From a virus (taxonomy: Duplodnaviria; Caudoviricetes), in IMG/VR virus record IMGVR_UViG_642973577_000001, positions 1 to 64,000 of that record: a stretch of DNA of 64,000 bases; one strand, given 5' to 3'. Shown in pieces: positions 63,961 to 64,000 of this stretch (within the stretch, counting starts at the first letter, position 1; each line of letters starts with the position of its first letter). The notes under the pieces are model-generated. The model made no database searches. It worked only from the letters and a program-made list of their open reading frames with translations, and had not been told where the DNA came from. The position numbers were made by a program, and so were the translations under genes.

Positions 63961-63997
63961 CCCTGTGGCCCGTGCGCTGAGCCTCCAGAAGAGGTGA
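63961..63997 (+). promoter_or_regulatory. Putative late promoter
   Basis: CCCTG-N22-GAAGAGGTGA. Confidence 0.65.
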
Positions 63998-64000
63998 GGG

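Noticed and set aside
1-64000. Integrase, transposon, retron or DGR elements
   Set aside because: No recombinase, transposase or reverse-transcriptase motifs and no template/variable repeat pair were seen

Overview
A 64-kb segment of a high-GC, lytic actinobacteriophage genome with every credible gene on the + strand. The portal, protease and major capsid architecture, tRNA cluster and ThyX resemble the myovirus lineage of mycobacteriophage cluster C and Rhodococcus phage E3 (from recall, not a search). PE-PPE-, CDGP- and MmpS-like genes suggest a mycobacterial host. Bases 1-28.6 kb are an accessory/early region of small genes under a repeated SigA-type promoter with a TTCTAG box, mostly leaderless. 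This region carries a HIT hydrolase, a GGQ-less release-factor-domain protein, a Pol-beta nucleotidyltransferase, a CCA-adding enzyme and Pth2. Bases 28.6-64 kb are the late region: membrane/lysis-like genes, a tandem ART-like protein, tRNAs, a second Pth2-like gene, large head polyproteins, portal, ThyX, 2H phosphoesterase, HNH, protease/scaffold, capsid and tail-fibre-like genes. Late genes share a second motif, CCTG-N22-GAANNRGT. The most striking observations are: (i) an array of CCA-ended tRNA fragments (two 34-nt minihelices and a 54-nt D-armless tRNA) plus a CUA tRNA directly behind a Pth2-like gene; (ii) a 121-nt CCA-ended tRNA mimic with its own promoter; (iii) a ~590-nt highly structured promoter-driven ncRNA; (iv) head polyproteins whose cargo modules are bounded by a recurring (R/K/H)-x-A motif. 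All family assignments come from motif recognition by eye, and no database searches were run.
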